The notes: generated by a model not told the origin, from the letters alone. A DNA stretch of 64,000 nucleotides from Cytophagales bacterium (GCA_025359125.1 JANYHI010000034.1:4063-68062); one strand, 5' to 3'; positions 1 to 11,191 are shown, counted from the first letter of the stretch. Numbers and translations are program-made.

Positions 1-1
1 G

Positions 2-1024
2 GTAACTCATTCTACGCAAGGTAAAGAGTTGCTTCGAAATTTTGTAGTTCATATTTGTCATTGCCAACAAGATTGGACGCCCGATCAATTTGTAGATACC
101 ACCATTGCCGACCTGAAGAAAAAATTAGGTGATGATAAAGTAGTGATGGCGCTATCGGGTGGTGTAGATTCAACAGTGGCAGCCATACTCGTTCATAAAG
201 CAATCGGAAAAAATCTGTATTGCATTTTTGTGGATAATGGGTTGCTTAGGAAAAATGAATTTGAGCAAGTGTTGAATTCTTATAAAGGAATGGGGCTCAA
301 CATCAAGGGAGTTGATTCCAAATCAAAATTCTACGAGGCTCTAAAAGGACTTTCAGAACCAGAAGCAAAACGAAAAGCTATTGGCAGAACTTTTATAGAA
401 GTATTTGATGAAGAGTCTCACTTAATTACCGATGTAAAATGGTTGGGGCAGGGTACAATTTATCCAGATGTAATTGAATCTGTTTCCGTGAAAGGCCCTT
501 CGGCCACTATCAAATCACATCATAATGTGGGCGGACTGCCTGCTAAAATGAAACTTAAGGTAGTAGAACCTCTGGCTACTTTATTTAAAGATGAAGTTCG
601 TTTAGTAGGTAAAACATTGGGTATCGATCCAGTTATTTTAGGAAGGCATCCTTTTCCTGGCCCTGGTTTGGGTATTCGAATTTTAGGAGATGTTTCTATC
701 GAGAAGGTGCGTATCTTACAAGAAGTGGATAGTATTTTTATTGGCGCATTGCGAAAGCATAATTTATACGAACAAGTTTGGCAGGCAGGCGCAGTGTTAT
801 TGCCTGTGTATTCGGTGGGTGTAATGGGCGATGAGCGTACCTACGAACAAGTGGCAGCATTACGTGCCGTGGTTAGTGTAGATGGCATGACTGCCGATTG
901 GGCACATTTGCCTCATACTTTTTTGAGTGAGGTTTCATCGGATATTATTAATAAAGTAAAGGGCGTAAACAGAGTGGTGTACGACATCAGCTCTAAGCCA
1001 CCAGCCACGATAGAATGGGAATAA
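2..1024 (+). CDS. guaA: GMP synthase, C-terminal ATP-pyrophosphatase and dimerisation part (5' end lies upstream of the window)
   Basis: Reading frame is open from the window edge. SGGVDS P-loop ([12 protein letters not shown]). Typical C-terminus ...[11 protein letters not shown]. Confidence 0.9.
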   Translation, partial: VTHSTQGKELLRNFVVHICHCQQDWTPDQFVDTTIADLKKKLGDDKVVMALSGGVDSTVAAILVHKAIGKNLYCIFVDNGLLRKNEFEQVLNSYKGMGLNIKGVDSKSKFYEALKGLSEPEAKRKAIGRTFIEVFDEESHLITDVKWLGQGTIYPDVIESVSVKGPSATIKSHHNVGGLPAKMKLKVVEPLATLFKDEVRLVGKTLGIDPVILGRHPFPGPGLGIRILGDVSIEKVRILQEVDSIFIGALRKHNLYEQVWQAGAVLLPVYSVGVMGDERTYEQVAALRAVVSVDGMTADWAHLPHTFLSEVSSDIINKVKGVNRVVYDISSKPPATIEWE

Positions 1025-1059
1025 TTAATTTGACGATTATTTAATTTGAAAATTTGAAA

Positions 1060-2799
1060 ATGAAGCGACTCTCACCTCTCTCTCACCTCTTATCTCTCAT
1101 TTTTCTATTTCTAATTTTATTCACTTCCTTCAACTCCCAGTCTCAAGATTTTAAAAAGCAATTCAAAAAAGCTAAAGAGCAATTCAACGAGGGAAACTAT
1201 GCCGCTGCAATGGACTCGTTTAATCCCTTAAGCGTGTATGATAAAGAGAATCCGTATGCCGAGTATGCTTCGTTCTACTATGCTCTCTCTGCACAACGCC
1301 TCGGCTTCGCAACGGTATCGAGAACTCAATTTGCTCAGCTTAAAAGATCAAACCCTACTTGGGCACACATACAAGAGGTAAATTTTTGGTTGGCAAAACT
1401 TTATATGGAACGCGGTGATTATTTCGTGGCCATGCAAGTGGCAAAGGAAATAAGTGATGGCGGACTCATTCAAAAATTAGACACCTTAAAGCGAATTAAC
1501 TTTTCTAAGATTGATGATTTGGAGACAGTAAAAATGCTGAATGAAGAAAACTCAAATGATCGTGAAATCGAAAGGGCTCTCGCCAAACTAATTGCTCGCT
1601 ACGATCTTCAAGGTCTGGATTCAGGATTGTTCAACGATTTAATGATTAAAAATAATTGGGAGCTGCGTGAGTTTGTAACTTTTTCCGAATTGACCTCTGT
1701 TTTAAAAGACCGATATCGCGTAGCTGTTTTGTTTCCTTTTAAAGTAAGCACCCTAGAGCCAAGCCCTGAGCGAAAAAAGAATCAACCTATTTTAGATCTC
1801 TATCAAGGTATGAAACTAGCTGTTGATTCATTAAGTAAATCCGGTGTGCAAATTGATCTATTGGCGTACGACACAGAACACGACCCCGAAGTAACAAGGC
1901 AATTGCTTACGAAAGAAGAATTGAAATCTGTTGATTTATTGATAGGACCCTTGTTTGCAGATGATGCAAAGCCTGTTCAATTATTTGCTAAACAAAATCA
2001 GATTAACCTGATCGTAAATCCTGTATCAAACAACAGTGATTTTTTGAAAGACAATCCTTACTCATTTCTGTATCAACCGAGTGACGAAACGATTGGGCAG
2101 CGCGCAGCAGAGTTGGTGAACAATAAAATATCGAATAAGAATACACTGGTTTATTATAGCGAGAGCCCGAAAGATTCTGTGATGGCATTCAATTTTATGA
2201 AACGCGCCTTTGAGTTAGGTCTTAAAGTGGTGTATGCAGAAGAGGTTAGGGCAGAGACCTCGGCAAAAATTTTAGATCGACTGGCGAAGCCAACCAAGTA
2301 CGATGAGTGGAAGAAGCCATTGGAGTTTACAATGAAGCTCGATAGTATTGGGAGCATTTTTGTTGCGTCAGAAAATCCAGTGATTTATACAAAAGTGATT
2401 AATAGTGTGGAATCGCGTGGAGACTCGATCGTAATTATCGGGCAAGAATCCTGGCTGGAAGACAACTCTATTGAGTATACTAAATTTGAAAACACCAAAG
2501 TGGCATTTGCTTCACCTAATTATAATCCTTTATCGAAATTGGGACCTTCTGTTTTTAGAACAGAATATATTAAAAAGCACAGCGTCCTACCTTCTGATAA
2601 TGCTAAAATGGGTTATGAATTGATGATGAATTTAGGAAGAGCAATGGGAAAATATGGCAATTACTACCAAGATCAATTGATGAAAGCTGGTGTAATGGAA
2701 GGTGTTTTAACACCTGGCTACTTACTTCAACCCTTGAGAGACAGTGGATTAGTGCCGTTTGTGTCCTTTGTTTTGGGCGAATTGGTTGAGATTAAGTAG
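1060..2799 (+). CDS. Secreted TPR-like plus type-1 periplasmic-binding-fold (LivK-like) protein, function unknown
   Basis: Signal peptide (LSLIFLFLILFTSFNSQSQ). N-terminal helical repeats. C-terminal part has a LivK-like pattern (YRVAVLFPF...LLIGPLFADDAKPV). ATG at 1060 preferred over TTG at 1054. Confidence 0.6.
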   Translation: MKRLSPLSHLLSLIFLFLILFTSFNSQSQDFKKQFKKAKEQFNEGNYAAAMDSFNPLSVYDKENPYAEYASFYYALSAQRLGFATVSRTQFAQLKRSNPTWAHIQEVNFWLAKLYMERGDYFVAMQVAKEISDGGLIQKLDTLKRINFSKIDDLETVKMLNEENSNDREIERALAKLIARYDLQGLDSGLFNDLMIKNNWELREFVTFSELTSVLKDRYRVAVLFPFKVSTLEPSPERKKNQPILDLYQGMKLAVDSLSKSGVQIDLLAYDTEHDPEVTRQLLTKEELKSVDLLIGPLFADDAKPVQLFAKQNQINLIVNPVSNNSDFLKDNPYSFLYQPSDETIGQRAAELVNNKISNKNTLVYYSESPKDSVMAFNFMKRAFELGLKVVYAEEVRAETSAKILDRLAKPTKYDEWKKPLEFTMKLDSIGSIFVASENPVIYTKVINSVESRGDSIVIIGQESWLEDNSIEYTKFENTKVAFASPNYNPLSKLGPSVFRTEYIKKHSVLPSDNAKMGYELMMNLGRAMGKYGNYYQDQLMKAGVMEGVLTPGYLLQPLRDSGLVPFVSFVLGELVEIK

Positions 2800-2935
2800 A
2801 TTTTTTGATTCGTTTTATTCAAAATTCTTACACTATCATGCCCATAATCTACCTTTTAATTACCTTTAGAGTTGATTAGTTATATAGGATGAGTTTAACT
2901 TTAACCTTTCCTGCTTTTTTTGTTAATTGAAACTT

Positions 2936-3991
2936 ATGGATTTTAAAGTTTACAGGTTTTGCATTTTTTGCCTGCTGTTAATCTCCTTTTCTCTGTCTGC
3001 CCAAGACAAAAAAGAAAAACCAGCCGTTACATACGAAGAGCTTTATGATGAGCCGTACTCAGTCAATAAACTTTTTGTTGGTTTTCAACCGCTTTACGGA
3101 GAATTGTTTGCGACCAACGTAAATGCCGGCTACGGAATTGAGGCGAGCTACTACCTAAAAGATAAAATGGATTTCAAAGCTCATTTCAGAAAAACATATA
3201 GTAGCAATTTTTTTGATTTTAACAGACAAGCAGCAATAGACAACAGCAGTGTAGATACCAAGCCACAAGTTTTTTCTTATTTTGAATTCGGGGGAACCTA
3301 TCACATTAAAGATTTTGATGAGAGCGGTAAAACAAAAATGGTCTTGTATAAAAAAAGTTTTAAAGGCAATAGGTGGGCTGCCAATGTGCCACTACATGCA
3401 GAAGTACCGTGTAAAGTGAGAAAAATATATGGCGTAAGGTTGGGAGGAATTTTTTGGAACAGCACAGTAGATTTAAATAGAGCACTAAAAAATCAAGGCC
3501 TTACCAATGCCGATATTGTAAGGAAAGATGGCACCGGTTTACCGCTAATTGATCCGGCTAACGGAAAGAACCTTAGTGTGTTTGGAAACATGTATGCCAC
3601 TAATATTTATGTAGGAGGTTCGATGGCGTGGTTCAGAAATGTGGCCGTTAGCTTTGATAAATATGAAGAAGGCTTAGACGATGGACTTCTTACTTTATAT
3701 TTCGATATTTTATTTGCTCCTGGTCTTACTGTTGATCCAATTCGCTATCGCGATAATCCAAACGATCAAACAGTAATCAACGAATATTCTACCAGTTCTA
3801 TTAAAACTACTTCTTTCGGAATTCGGGCAGGTATTGACGGAAAATTCAATCGCATCCTTAGCTGGTCGTATGGAGGTGAAGTAGGTCTTCGCCCTTCTAT
3901 TTCAGGTCAGGGATTTTATGTGATGTTTAAAATTGCTTTCCCTGTATTTGGTACCAACCTTGATTACAAGGTTGAATCATTCGGTAAGTAA
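2936..3991 (+). CDS. Hypothetical secreted protein, possibly an outer-membrane beta-barrel
   Basis: Signal peptide (FCIFCLLLISFSLSAQ). Alternating aromatic/Gly-rich beta-strand-like composition. ATG at 2936 preferred over TTG at 2927. Confidence 0.5.
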   Translation: MDFKVYRFCIFCLLLISFSLSAQDKKEKPAVTYEELYDEPYSVNKLFVGFQPLYGELFATNVNAGYGIEASYYLKDKMDFKAHFRKTYSSNFFDFNRQAAIDNSSVDTKPQVFSYFEFGGTYHIKDFDESGKTKMVLYKKSFKGNRWAANVPLHAEVPCKVRKIYGVRLGGIFWNSTVDLNRALKNQGLTNADIVRKDGTGLPLIDPANGKNLSVFGNMYATNIYVGGSMAWFRNVAVSFDKYEEGLDDGLLTLYFDILFAPGLTVDPIRYRDNPNDQTVINEYSTSSIKTTSFGIRAGIDGKFNRILSWSYGGEVGLRPSISGQGFYVMFKIAFPVFGTNLDYKVESFGK

Positions 3992-4002
3992 TTTGTTGAA
4001 CG

Positions 4003-5235
4003 ATGGCCTTTGATCTGCTGATCGAAAATATCAAAGGTCTAGTTCAAGTCAGAGAATCTACTCCGTCTTATCTTTCAGGCTCATCAATGGCCGAACTTCC
4101 CATTCTTGATAATGCATATGTAGCAGTGAAGGATGGATTAATTGTGGATTACGGATCTCAGCAGAATAGCCCTCGTAATGCTTCTCAACTTATTGATGCA
4201 AAAGGAAAATTTGTATTACCCAGTTTTGTAGATAGTCACACGCACTTGGTTTTTGCTGCCAGTCGCGAAGAAGAATTTGTTTTAAAAATTAAGGGCGCGA
4301 GCTATGAGGAGATTGCCGCATCCGGTGGGGGAATATTAAATTCTGCTAAAAAGCTTCAAAGTATTTCCGAAGATGAATTATTCGAAAGATCTCTGCATAG
4401 AGCCTACGAGATAATTAAATCTGGGACAGGAGTAGTAGAAATAAAAAGTGGTTACGGATTGACCGTGAAGGATGAGATCAAAATGCTGCGTGTTGCTAAA
4501 CGAATTGAAATGGCAACTGGTTTGAAAGTTAGAACCACTTTTTTAGGTGCGCATGCAGTGCCCACAGATACCACTAAAGAAAATTACATTCGGTTGATCA
4601 TCGACAAAATGATTCCTGCCATAGCGGAAGAAAAACTAGCTGACTACATCGATGTGTTTTGTGAAAATGGTTTTTTCTCGATCAAAGAAACAATTCAAAT
4701 CTGCGAAGCGGGAAAAAGAGTTGGAATGAAACCACGCATTCATGCAAATCAATTGAATAGATCAGGTGGTGTGCAAGCAGGAGTGGAGGTTGGTGCGTTG
4801 AGTGTTGATCATTTAGAAAATATTGGAGAGGAGGAGATTGAGCTTTTAAAAAATAGTAAAGTAATGCCTACTATTTTGCCGGGTGCTGCTTTCTTTTTAG
4901 GATTACCTTTTCCGCCCGCACAAAAAATGATCCAGGAGGGTTTACCTGTTGCCATTGCCTCAGATTATAATCCGGGTAGTTCTCCCAGCGGAAATATGCC
5001 TTTCATGTTTTCGTTGGCGTGTATTAAAATGAAACTAACACCGGAAGAAGCATTTAATGCCGCAACAATAAATACGGCAAGCTGTTTAGAATTATTAAAT
5101 GAGTACGGCAGCATTACCAAAGGGAAAGTCGCCAATTTGATAATTACTAAAGAAGTGCCTTCGTTTGCTTACTTGCCTTACAAATTTGGAAGTGATTGGA
5201 TTGATGCAATTATTTTAAAAGGAAAAAAATACTGA
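4003..5235 (+). CDS. hutI: Imidazolonepropionase
   Basis: Amidohydrolase metal motif FVDSHTHLVF. SYEEIAASGGGILNS motif. 410 aa, typical for HutI. Confidence 0.85.
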   Translation: MAFDLLIENIKGLVQVRESTPSYLSGSSMAELPILDNAYVAVKDGLIVDYGSQQNSPRNASQLIDAKGKFVLPSFVDSHTHLVFAASREEEFVLKIKGASYEEIAASGGGILNSAKKLQSISEDELFERSLHRAYEIIKSGTGVVEIKSGYGLTVKDEIKMLRVAKRIEMATGLKVRTTFLGAHAVPTDTTKENYIRLIIDKMIPAIAEEKLADYIDVFCENGFFSIKETIQICEAGKRVGMKPRIHANQLNRSGGVQAGVEVGALSVDHLENIGEEEIELLKNSKVMPTILPGAAFFLGLPFPPAQKMIQEGLPVAIASDYNPGSSPSGNMPFMFSLACIKMKLTPEEAFNAATINTASCLELLNEYGSITKGKVANLIITKEVPSFAYLPYKFGSDWIDAIILKGKKY

Positions 5236-5238
5236 TTG

Positions 5239-5775
5239 ATGACACCGATTGAAGAACTGTTAAAGCCATTGTTAAGAGATGTTCCGGATTTTCCTAAACC
5301 CGGAATATTATTTAAAGATATAACTCCCTTATTAGCTCATTCGGAAGCGCGCAAAAAAGTAGTAGTGGCCATTGCTACTCATTTCCAACATCAGAACATA
5401 CAAGCCATTGCTGCAGTAGAGGCACGTGGTTTTATTTTTGGATCACTCATCGCGCAAGAACTTTTCATTCCATTTATTCCCATTCGTAAGTCGGGAAAAC
5501 TTCCGTATAAAAAAATCTCGGAGGAATATTCTTTGGAATATGGAAAAGCTTCGATTGAAATGCATGTTGATGCTGTAACAACTGGCACCCGTGTATTGAT
5601 GCATGACGATTTGTTGGCAACTGGTGGAACAGCAACTGCCGCTGGTAATATGATTAATAAACTAGGAGCAGTAGTGGCGGGTTATTCTTTTATTATCAAT
5701 CTTGATTTTTTACCCGGAAAGACTCTTCTAAAACAACGATTTGGTATAGATCCTCATTTTTTAATAAGTTTTTAA
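5239..5775 (+). CDS. apt: Adenine phosphoribosyltransferase
   Basis: FPKPGILFKDITPLL and PRPP-binding VLMHDDLLATGGTA motifs. Starts 1-4 nt after the hutI stop (TTG 5236 or ATG 5239). Confidence 0.9.
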   Translation: MTPIEELLKPLLRDVPDFPKPGILFKDITPLLAHSEARKKVVVAIATHFQHQNIQAIAAVEARGFIFGSLIAQELFIPFIPIRKSGKLPYKKISEEYSLEYGKASIEMHVDAVTTGTRVLMHDDLLATGGTATAAGNMINKLGAVVAGYSFIINLDFLPGKTLLKQRFGIDPHFLISF

Positions 5776-5835
5776 TTCCAATCTATTCTTAGAATAAATT
5801 GAAACATTAATTCAATTTTAATGTTTAAGTCATAA

Positions 5836-6423
5836 ATGAGCGATTTAATTAAGATTCCTATGTTTCCGCTCTCTATTTTTCCGCTGCCTGGAGAAATGGT
5901 ACCGCTGCATATTTTTGAACCACGCTACCGCCAACTATTAGATGACGCAGAGAAGAGAGATATTCAGTTCGGTATCTATTTCAATCATACTTCAAACGCT
6001 GACAAACTAGGTTCATTAGTTAAATTAGAGAGCGTAATCAAGCGTTATCCTTCGGGTGAATCAGACATCATTGTAAAATGTTTTGACTTGTTTACAATGG
6101 CAACACTCTTTCGCACATTTAAAGATAAGATCTATCCAGGTGGAGAAGTAACCATGTTAAATGTAGACTTGCTATCTACGGCCAGCAGCAAGCTTCAGGA
6201 TGTATATGCAAAGTATTCTTTATTAATGAACATCAGCCACCCTGCCAAGTCTCCCTCTCTTTATCACATCGCGAATGAGTTAAATATGGACTTTGATGGC
6301 AAATTAAAATTTGTGTCTACAGAAGAAGATCGTAAAGAAGGATACCTCCTTACTCAGCTTAATTATCAACTTCAGTTGTTACAACAAGCAGAGAAATCTA
6401 AAGACGTTTTTCATCTTAATTAA
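5836..6423 (+). CDS. LON N-terminal (substrate-binding) domain protein
   Basis: N-terminal PMFPLSIFPLPGEMVPLHIFEPRYRQLL is the characteristic LON-domain opening. No ATPase or protease part. Confidence 0.7.
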   Translation: MSDLIKIPMFPLSIFPLPGEMVPLHIFEPRYRQLLDDAEKRDIQFGIYFNHTSNADKLGSLVKLESVIKRYPSGESDIIVKCFDLFTMATLFRTFKDKIYPGGEVTMLNVDLLSTASSKLQDVYAKYSLLMNISHPAKSPSLYHIANELNMDFDGKLKFVSTEEDRKEGYLLTQLNYQLQLLQQAEKSKDVFHLN

Positions 6424-6695
6424 TTCAACTTCAGCTATTTATTTTTTTAACTGATAATTTTTTTCTATTCATTTATAACAACAGATGTTCAGAAGTGATA
6501 GCTTAAACTTATGTTTACAACATGTTTTGCAATCGAGTACGAAAAATTGAATTCTATTTTTAAAATTATTTCATCGGTAATCCTCTCTAATTTCGCCTGA
6601 GTATTTCATTTTTTAAGTTATTGTTTTCGCAAACGTTTTTTTGAATCAAAATGCAAGTTTACTTACAACTTTCGGCCTTGTGTTGCATTGCCCCA

Positions 6696-6703
6696 TACAT
6701 TTG
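6696..6703 (+). promoter_or_regulatory. Candidate Bacteroidota -7 promoter element (TAnnTTTG)
   Basis: TACATTTG matches TAnnTTTG exactly, 30 nt upstream of the ATG at 6733, at the end of a 309-nt AT-rich intergenic region. Confidence 0.35.
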
Positions 6704-6732
6704 TATCATAAACAAAAACAAAAAAACCAATT

Positions 6733-7329
6733 ATGAAAACAAGACAAATAGTAATAACTGCAGTGATGGTATTAGCTAGCGTGCTTTCTTATGCCATTAA
6801 TCCTACCGATTCTCGTTTGGTAGTAGTGAATCCTAAAACTTCGAGCGTGTTTAAAGTAATCTACAAAAGTGCTGGACAGAATTCAGTAGCTCTTAAGGTT
6901 TATAATAAGCAAGGTGAGGTTGTATTTTCTGATAATATTTATTCATCTAACGGATTTATTCGCCCGTTGAATTTTGAAGGAATGGAAGCGGGTGAATATA
7001 AAGTTGAATTAAAAGCTGGAAGCACAGTTAGTGAACAATCATTTACTTATGCGCCTACAGTAGAATTAACCTCATCTTCATCAACTGGAACAATAAAGGC
7101 TATTCATGTTTCTAAATTAAATGCAGATAACAAATATTTAGTTGCATTTTCTAATACAGGCGATAGCCGTGTAAATGTTAAAATTTATGATGGTGCTAAA
7201 GAATTAGTTTTAAATACCAGCATGAATATTTCTGGAGATAAAGGAATAGTATATTCTTTGAAAAATGTAACTGGAGTTCCTTCATTTGAAGTAACTGGCA
7301 ACAAAGGAGTAATTACTGTTATTAAGTAA
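6733..7329 (+). CDS. Secreted protein made of two tandem beta-rich modules, function unknown
   Basis: Signal peptide. Two ~80-aa halves share a pattern (ALKVYNKQGEVVFSD...EAGEYKVEL and VNVKIYDGAKELVLN...). Confidence 0.55.
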   Translation: MKTRQIVITAVMVLASVLSYAINPTDSRLVVVNPKTSSVFKVIYKSAGQNSVALKVYNKQGEVVFSDNIYSSNGFIRPLNFEGMEAGEYKVELKAGSTVSEQSFTYAPTVELTSSSSTGTIKAIHVSKLNADNKYLVAFSNTGDSRVNVKIYDGAKELVLNTSMNISGDKGIVYSLKNVTGVPSFEVTGNKGVITVIK

Positions 7330-7344
7330 TTCCAAATCAAGATC

Positions 7345-7381
7345 AAAAAAAAGCCTTGACGGTAATTGTCAGGGCTTTTTA
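7345..7381. terminator. Bidirectional rho-independent terminator between convergent genes
   Basis: Stem 7353-7360 / 7368-7375 (gccttgac / gtcagggc, one G-U pair) with a 7-nt loop. Flanked by an A-run upstream and a T-run downstream. Confidence 0.7.
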
Positions 7382-7400
7382 CATGAGACATAATTTCGTT

Positions 7401-10400
7401 TTACATATTCCTTCTGTACTGTCCACCTACTTCAAAGAGTGCTTTCGTAATTTGACCTAGCGAGCAAACTTTTGCAGCTTCCATCAGTTCGCTAAAAATG
7501 TTTTTATTTTTAACAGCCGCATCTTGAATGATTGAGATAGCTGCAGCTGTTTTGTTGCATTGGTAGGCATGTAGACTGCGAAGCATTTTTATCTGATACT
7601 CTTTTTCTTCTGTAGTGGCGCGAATTACTTCTCTGGGCACAATGGTAGGAGAGCCTTTCGAACTTAAGAATGTATTTACGCCAATGATTGGATATTCTCC
7701 CGTGTGCTTCAAGGTTTCGTAATACAAACTCTCTTCCTGAATTTTTCCACGCTGGTACATGGTTTCCATCGCCCCAAGCACGCCACCGCGCTCTGTAATT
7801 TTATCAAATTCTAACAACACTGCTTCTTCCACTAAATCAGTTAGTTCTTCTATGATGAAAGAACCTTGCAATGGATTTTCATTTTTCGCTAACCCTAATT
7901 CTTTGTTGATGATTAATTGAATGGCCATCGCTCTGCGCACACTTTCTTCTGTTGGCGTGGTGATGGCTTCATCATACGCATTGGTGTGTAACGAATTACA
8001 ATTATCGTAAATGGCATACAATGCTTGCAGCGTGGTGCGAATGTCATTAAAGTCAATTTCTTGTGCGTGCAGCGATCTGCCTGAAGTTTGAATGTGATAC
8101 TTCATCATTTGGCTGCGGCTATTGGCTCCGTACTTTTCGCGCATGGCCTTTGCCCAAATTCTTCTGGCTACTCTGCCGATCACAGCGTATTCCGGATCGA
8201 TGCCATTGCTGAAGAAGAACGAAAGGTTAGGAGCGAAGTCGTTGATGTTCATTCCGCGACTCAAATAATATTCCACGTAAGTGAAACCATTGGCAAGAGT
8301 AAAAGCTAATTGTGTAATGGGGTTGGCACCCGCTTCGGCAATGTGATAGCCCGAGATGGAGACAGAATAAAAATTACGAATATTCTGGTCGATAAAATAT
8401 TGCTGCACATCGCCCATCAATCGCAAGGCAAATTCAGTAGAAAAAATACAGGTGTTTTGCGCCTGATCTTCTTTTAAAATATCGGCTTGTACTGTGCCAC
8501 GCACTTGTGCGAGTGTTTCGATTTTAATTTTTTCGTAAATATCTTTTGGTAATACTTGATCTCCGGTTACACCGAGTAACATCAAGCCCAAGCCATCGTT
8601 GCCATCTGGCAATTCTCCTTGGTAAGAAGGAACCTCACCTTTTAGTCCCTTCTCCAAAAGAGAGGGGGAGGAATACAGTGACTTAATTTTAGATTTAACT
8701 TCGTCTTCCAGTCCATTCTTCTTAATGTAGAGCTCACATTGTTGATCGATGGCGGCATTCATAAAATACGCTAGCAACATCGGTGCAGGTCCGTTGATAG
8801 TCATGGACACGGAAGTTTTCGGGTCAGATAAATTAAACCCGCTGTATAATTTTTTGGCATCGTCTAGGCAGCAGATGGATACACCCGAGTTGCCGATCTT
8901 ACCATAAATATCTGGGCGATAATCTGGATCATTTCCATACAGCGTTACAGAGTCGAAAGCAGTCGATAATCTTTTTGCTGGCATCGCCTTGCTTACATAG
9001 TGAAAGCGTCTGTTTGTGCGTTCGGGGCCGCCTTCGCCTGCAAACATGCGGGTAGGATCTTCTCCTTCGCGTTTAAACGGATAGATACCTGCCGTATATG
9101 GAAATTCTCCAGGCACATTTTCTTGCAACATCCATTTTAGCAAATCTCCCCATGCGCTATAGTTGGGCAAACTTACTTTTGGTATTTGCGAGTGCGACAA
9201 CGATTCTGAATGGGTTTCGATGGCGATCTCTTTATCACGCACTTTAAATTTAAAGAGAGGCTCTTTGTATTGTTTTACTTTCGCAGGCCACTGCTCAATG
9301 AGTTTTTTGTTTTTAGGGTCGAGGTTTAAAACCTCCCCCTCTATCTCCCTCTCCAGAGGCGAGGGAGTAGTACTCGATTTCAACATTTTTGCTACACGAT
9401 CTAGTGCATATAAATTCTGCGCAATTTCTGCTTGCGTGTTTACCCATCGATCATACTCGCGGTTACTTTCTGATATTTCACTCAGGTAGCGTGTGCGGTG
9501 TGGCGGAATCACAAAAATCTTTTCCGACATCTCGCGGGTGATCTCGAACGTGGATTTTAAATCAGCTCCTGTTTTCGCTACTACTTTATCGATAATGTGT
9601 TTATAGAGTTGGTTTGTGCCGGGGTCGTTAAACTGAGAGGCAATGGTGCCAAACACGGGCATGTCTTCAGGTTTTTTATCCCACAGGTTGTGGTTGCGTT
9701 GATATTGTTTTTTTACATCGCGCAATGCATCTAATGCTCCGCGCTTGTCAAATTTGTTTAACGCAATCACATCGGCAAAATCGAGCATGTCGATTTTCTC
9801 CAATTGTGTTGCGGCACCATATTCAGGTGTCATCACATAGAGCGATACATCGCTGTGGTCTAAAATTTCGGTGTCACTTTGCCCAATGCCTGATGTTTCT
9901 AAAATAATTAAATCGTAGCCTGCTGCCTTCAACACTTGTACGGCTTCTTTTACATAAGCGGATAGAGCCAAGTTGCTTTGGCGTGTGGCCAACGACCGCA
10001 TAAATACACGATTGTTATTAATGGCATTCATGCGAATGCGATCGCCCAATAAAGCGCCACCTGTTTTACGTTTGCTCGGGTCTACCGAAATCAGCCCAAT
10101 GGTTTTGTCTTTGAAGTCAATTAAAAAACGTCTTACAATTTCATCTACCATCGAAGATTTTCCGGATCCTCCAGTTCCGGTTATTCCCAATACAGGTGCT
10201 TTTGATTTTGACGCCAGCGCATTGATCTGTTCAAAAGTTCCTTTGTGCTTACCGTAATAATTTTCTGCTGCCGAAATCAGCTGCGCTATTTGTGTATGAC
10301 TTTCCACTTTTAACTTTGAACTTTGAACTTCTTCTCCCGTGGGATAGTCGCTTTGTTTTACCAAATCATTTATCATTCCCTGCAAGCCCATGGCGCGGCC

Positions 10401-10823
10401 ATCATCGGGCGAATAAATTTTGGTGATACCATAATCCATGAGCTCTTTAATTTCTTCAGGCAGAATTACACCACCGCCACCACCAAATATTTTTATGTGG
10501 CCTGCACCTTTCTCGTGTAGCAAGTCGTGCATGTATTTAAAATATTCGTTGTGTCCGCCCTGGTAGCTGGTTAGGGCAATGGCTTGTGCATCTTCTTGTA
10601 TGGCAGTATTCACCACTTCTTCCACGCTGCGGTCGTGTCCCAAGTGAATTACCTCTACGCCTGTGGCTTGTATAATTCTGCGCATAATATTGATGGCGGC
10701 ATCGTGCCCATCGAACAAACTGGCAGCCGTAACAATGCGCACTTTGTTTTTGGGCTTATAAGGTTCGGCTGTTGCGTAAGTAGGGACGGGGGATTTTTCC
10801 TTTTCGGGTGCAGTAGTGGCCAT
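7401..10823 (-). CDS. icmF: Fused isobutyryl-CoA mutase type protein (B12-binding domain, MeaB-like G-protein, acyl-CoA mutase barrel)
   Basis: N-terminal B12 domain ([12 protein letters not shown]). P-loop [13 protein letters not shown]-terminal mutase region ([16 protein letters not shown]...). 1140 aa. Confidence 0.85.
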   Translation of the reverse strand: MATTAPEKEKSPVPTYATAEPYKPKNKVRIVTAASLFDGHDAAINIMRRIIQATGVEVIHLGHDRSVEEVVNTAIQEDAQAIALTSYQGGHNEYFKYMHDLLHEKGAGHIKIFGGGGGVILPEEIKELMDYGITKIYSPDDGRAMGLQGMINDLVKQSDYPTGEEVQSSKLKVESHTQIAQLISAAENYYGKHKGTFEQINALASKSKAPVLGITGTGGSGKSSMVDEIVRRFLIDFKDKTIGLISVDPSKRKTGGALLGDRIRMNAINNNRVFMRSLATRQSNLALSAYVKEAVQVLKAAGYDLIILETSGIGQSDTEILDHSDVSLYVMTPEYGAATQLEKIDMLDFADVIALNKFDKRGALDALRDVKKQYQRNHNLWDKKPEDMPVFGTIASQFNDPGTNQLYKHIIDKVVAKTGADLKSTFEITREMSEKIFVIPPHRTRYLSEISESNREYDRWVNTQAEIAQNLYALDRVAKMLKSSTTPSPLEREIEGEVLNLDPKNKKLIEQWPAKVKQYKEPLFKFKVRDKEIAIETHSESLSHSQIPKVSLPNYSAWGDLLKWMLQENVPGEFPYTAGIYPFKREGEDPTRMFAGEGGPERTNRRFHYVSKAMPAKRLSTAFDSVTLYGNDPDYRPDIYGKIGNSGVSICCLDDAKKLYSGFNLSDPKTSVSMTINGPAPMLLAYFMNAAIDQQCELYIKKNGLEDEVKSKIKSLYSSPSLLEKGLKGEVPSYQGELPDGNDGLGLMLLGVTGDQVLPKDIYEKIKIETLAQVRGTVQADILKEDQAQNTCIFSTEFALRLMGDVQQYFIDQNIRNFYSVSISGYHIAEAGANPITQLAFTLANGFTYVEYYLSRGMNINDFAPNLSFFFSNGIDPEYAVIGRVARRIWAKAMREKYGANSRSQMMKYHIQTSGRSLHAQEIDFNDIRTTLQALYAIYDNCNSLHTNAYDEAITTPTEESVRRAMAIQLIINKELGLAKNENPLQGSFIIEELTDLVEEAVLLEFDKITERGGVLGAMETMYQRGKIQEESLYYETLKHTGEYPIIGVNTFLSSKGSPTIVPREVIRATTEEKEYQIKMLRSLHAYQCNKTAAAISIIQDAAVKNKNIFSELMEAAKVCSLGQITKALFEVGGQYRRNM

Positions 10824-10987
10824 TTAGATTCTAATTTTTTAGAACCCAAAAATACAGATAAGGGGTTTATTTAGCTAACACTTGGTAGCATTACACTTGA
10901 TCTGAGAATTTCCTGGGAGTTTGCTACCTCTGCGCAAGAAAATGATTAAATCGCAAAGGGCGCAAAGTTTCGTTACGATAAAATTCT

Positions 10988-11191
10988 ATGAGCAAGCATA
11001 AGACAATTGAAAAATTAAAAAAAAAGAATCCGGATTTTAAGTTTTCGAATGAGTTTCTCAATTCTCTTGAAGAAAAAGACTTGAAGGATTTGTTACTAGT
11101 TGAAACAATTGATCAAACAATAGTTGACAACTATTATAGCGATGTACTTAAAAGGAAAATGCAAAATAAGCGGAATAGAAAATATCCTTAA
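10988..11191 (+). CDS. Small Lys-rich hypothetical protein
   Basis: 67-aa ORF with an ATG start. No recognisable motif. Confidence 0.35.
   Translation: MSKHKTIEKLKKKNPDFKFSNEFLNSLEEKDLKDLLLVETIDQTIVDNYYSDVLKRKMQNKRNRKYP

Noticed and set aside
1041-1099. Tandem AATTTGAA AATTTGAA just before the start at 1060, and a duplicated ctcacctct (1071-1079 and 1082-1090).
   Set aside because: These are short AT-rich or pyrimidine-rich low-complexity repeats. The second lies within signal-peptide coding sequence (LSPLSHLLSL). Nothing suggests function beyond ordinary sequence slippage.
10824-10987. Possible cobalamin riboswitch upstream of the B12-dependent icmF, or a TPP-like element (a CTGAGA hexamer near 10900).
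   Set aside because: No B12-box (GCCACUG-like) is present. Apart from the single hexamer there are no THI-box features. No thiamine-related gene is adjacent.
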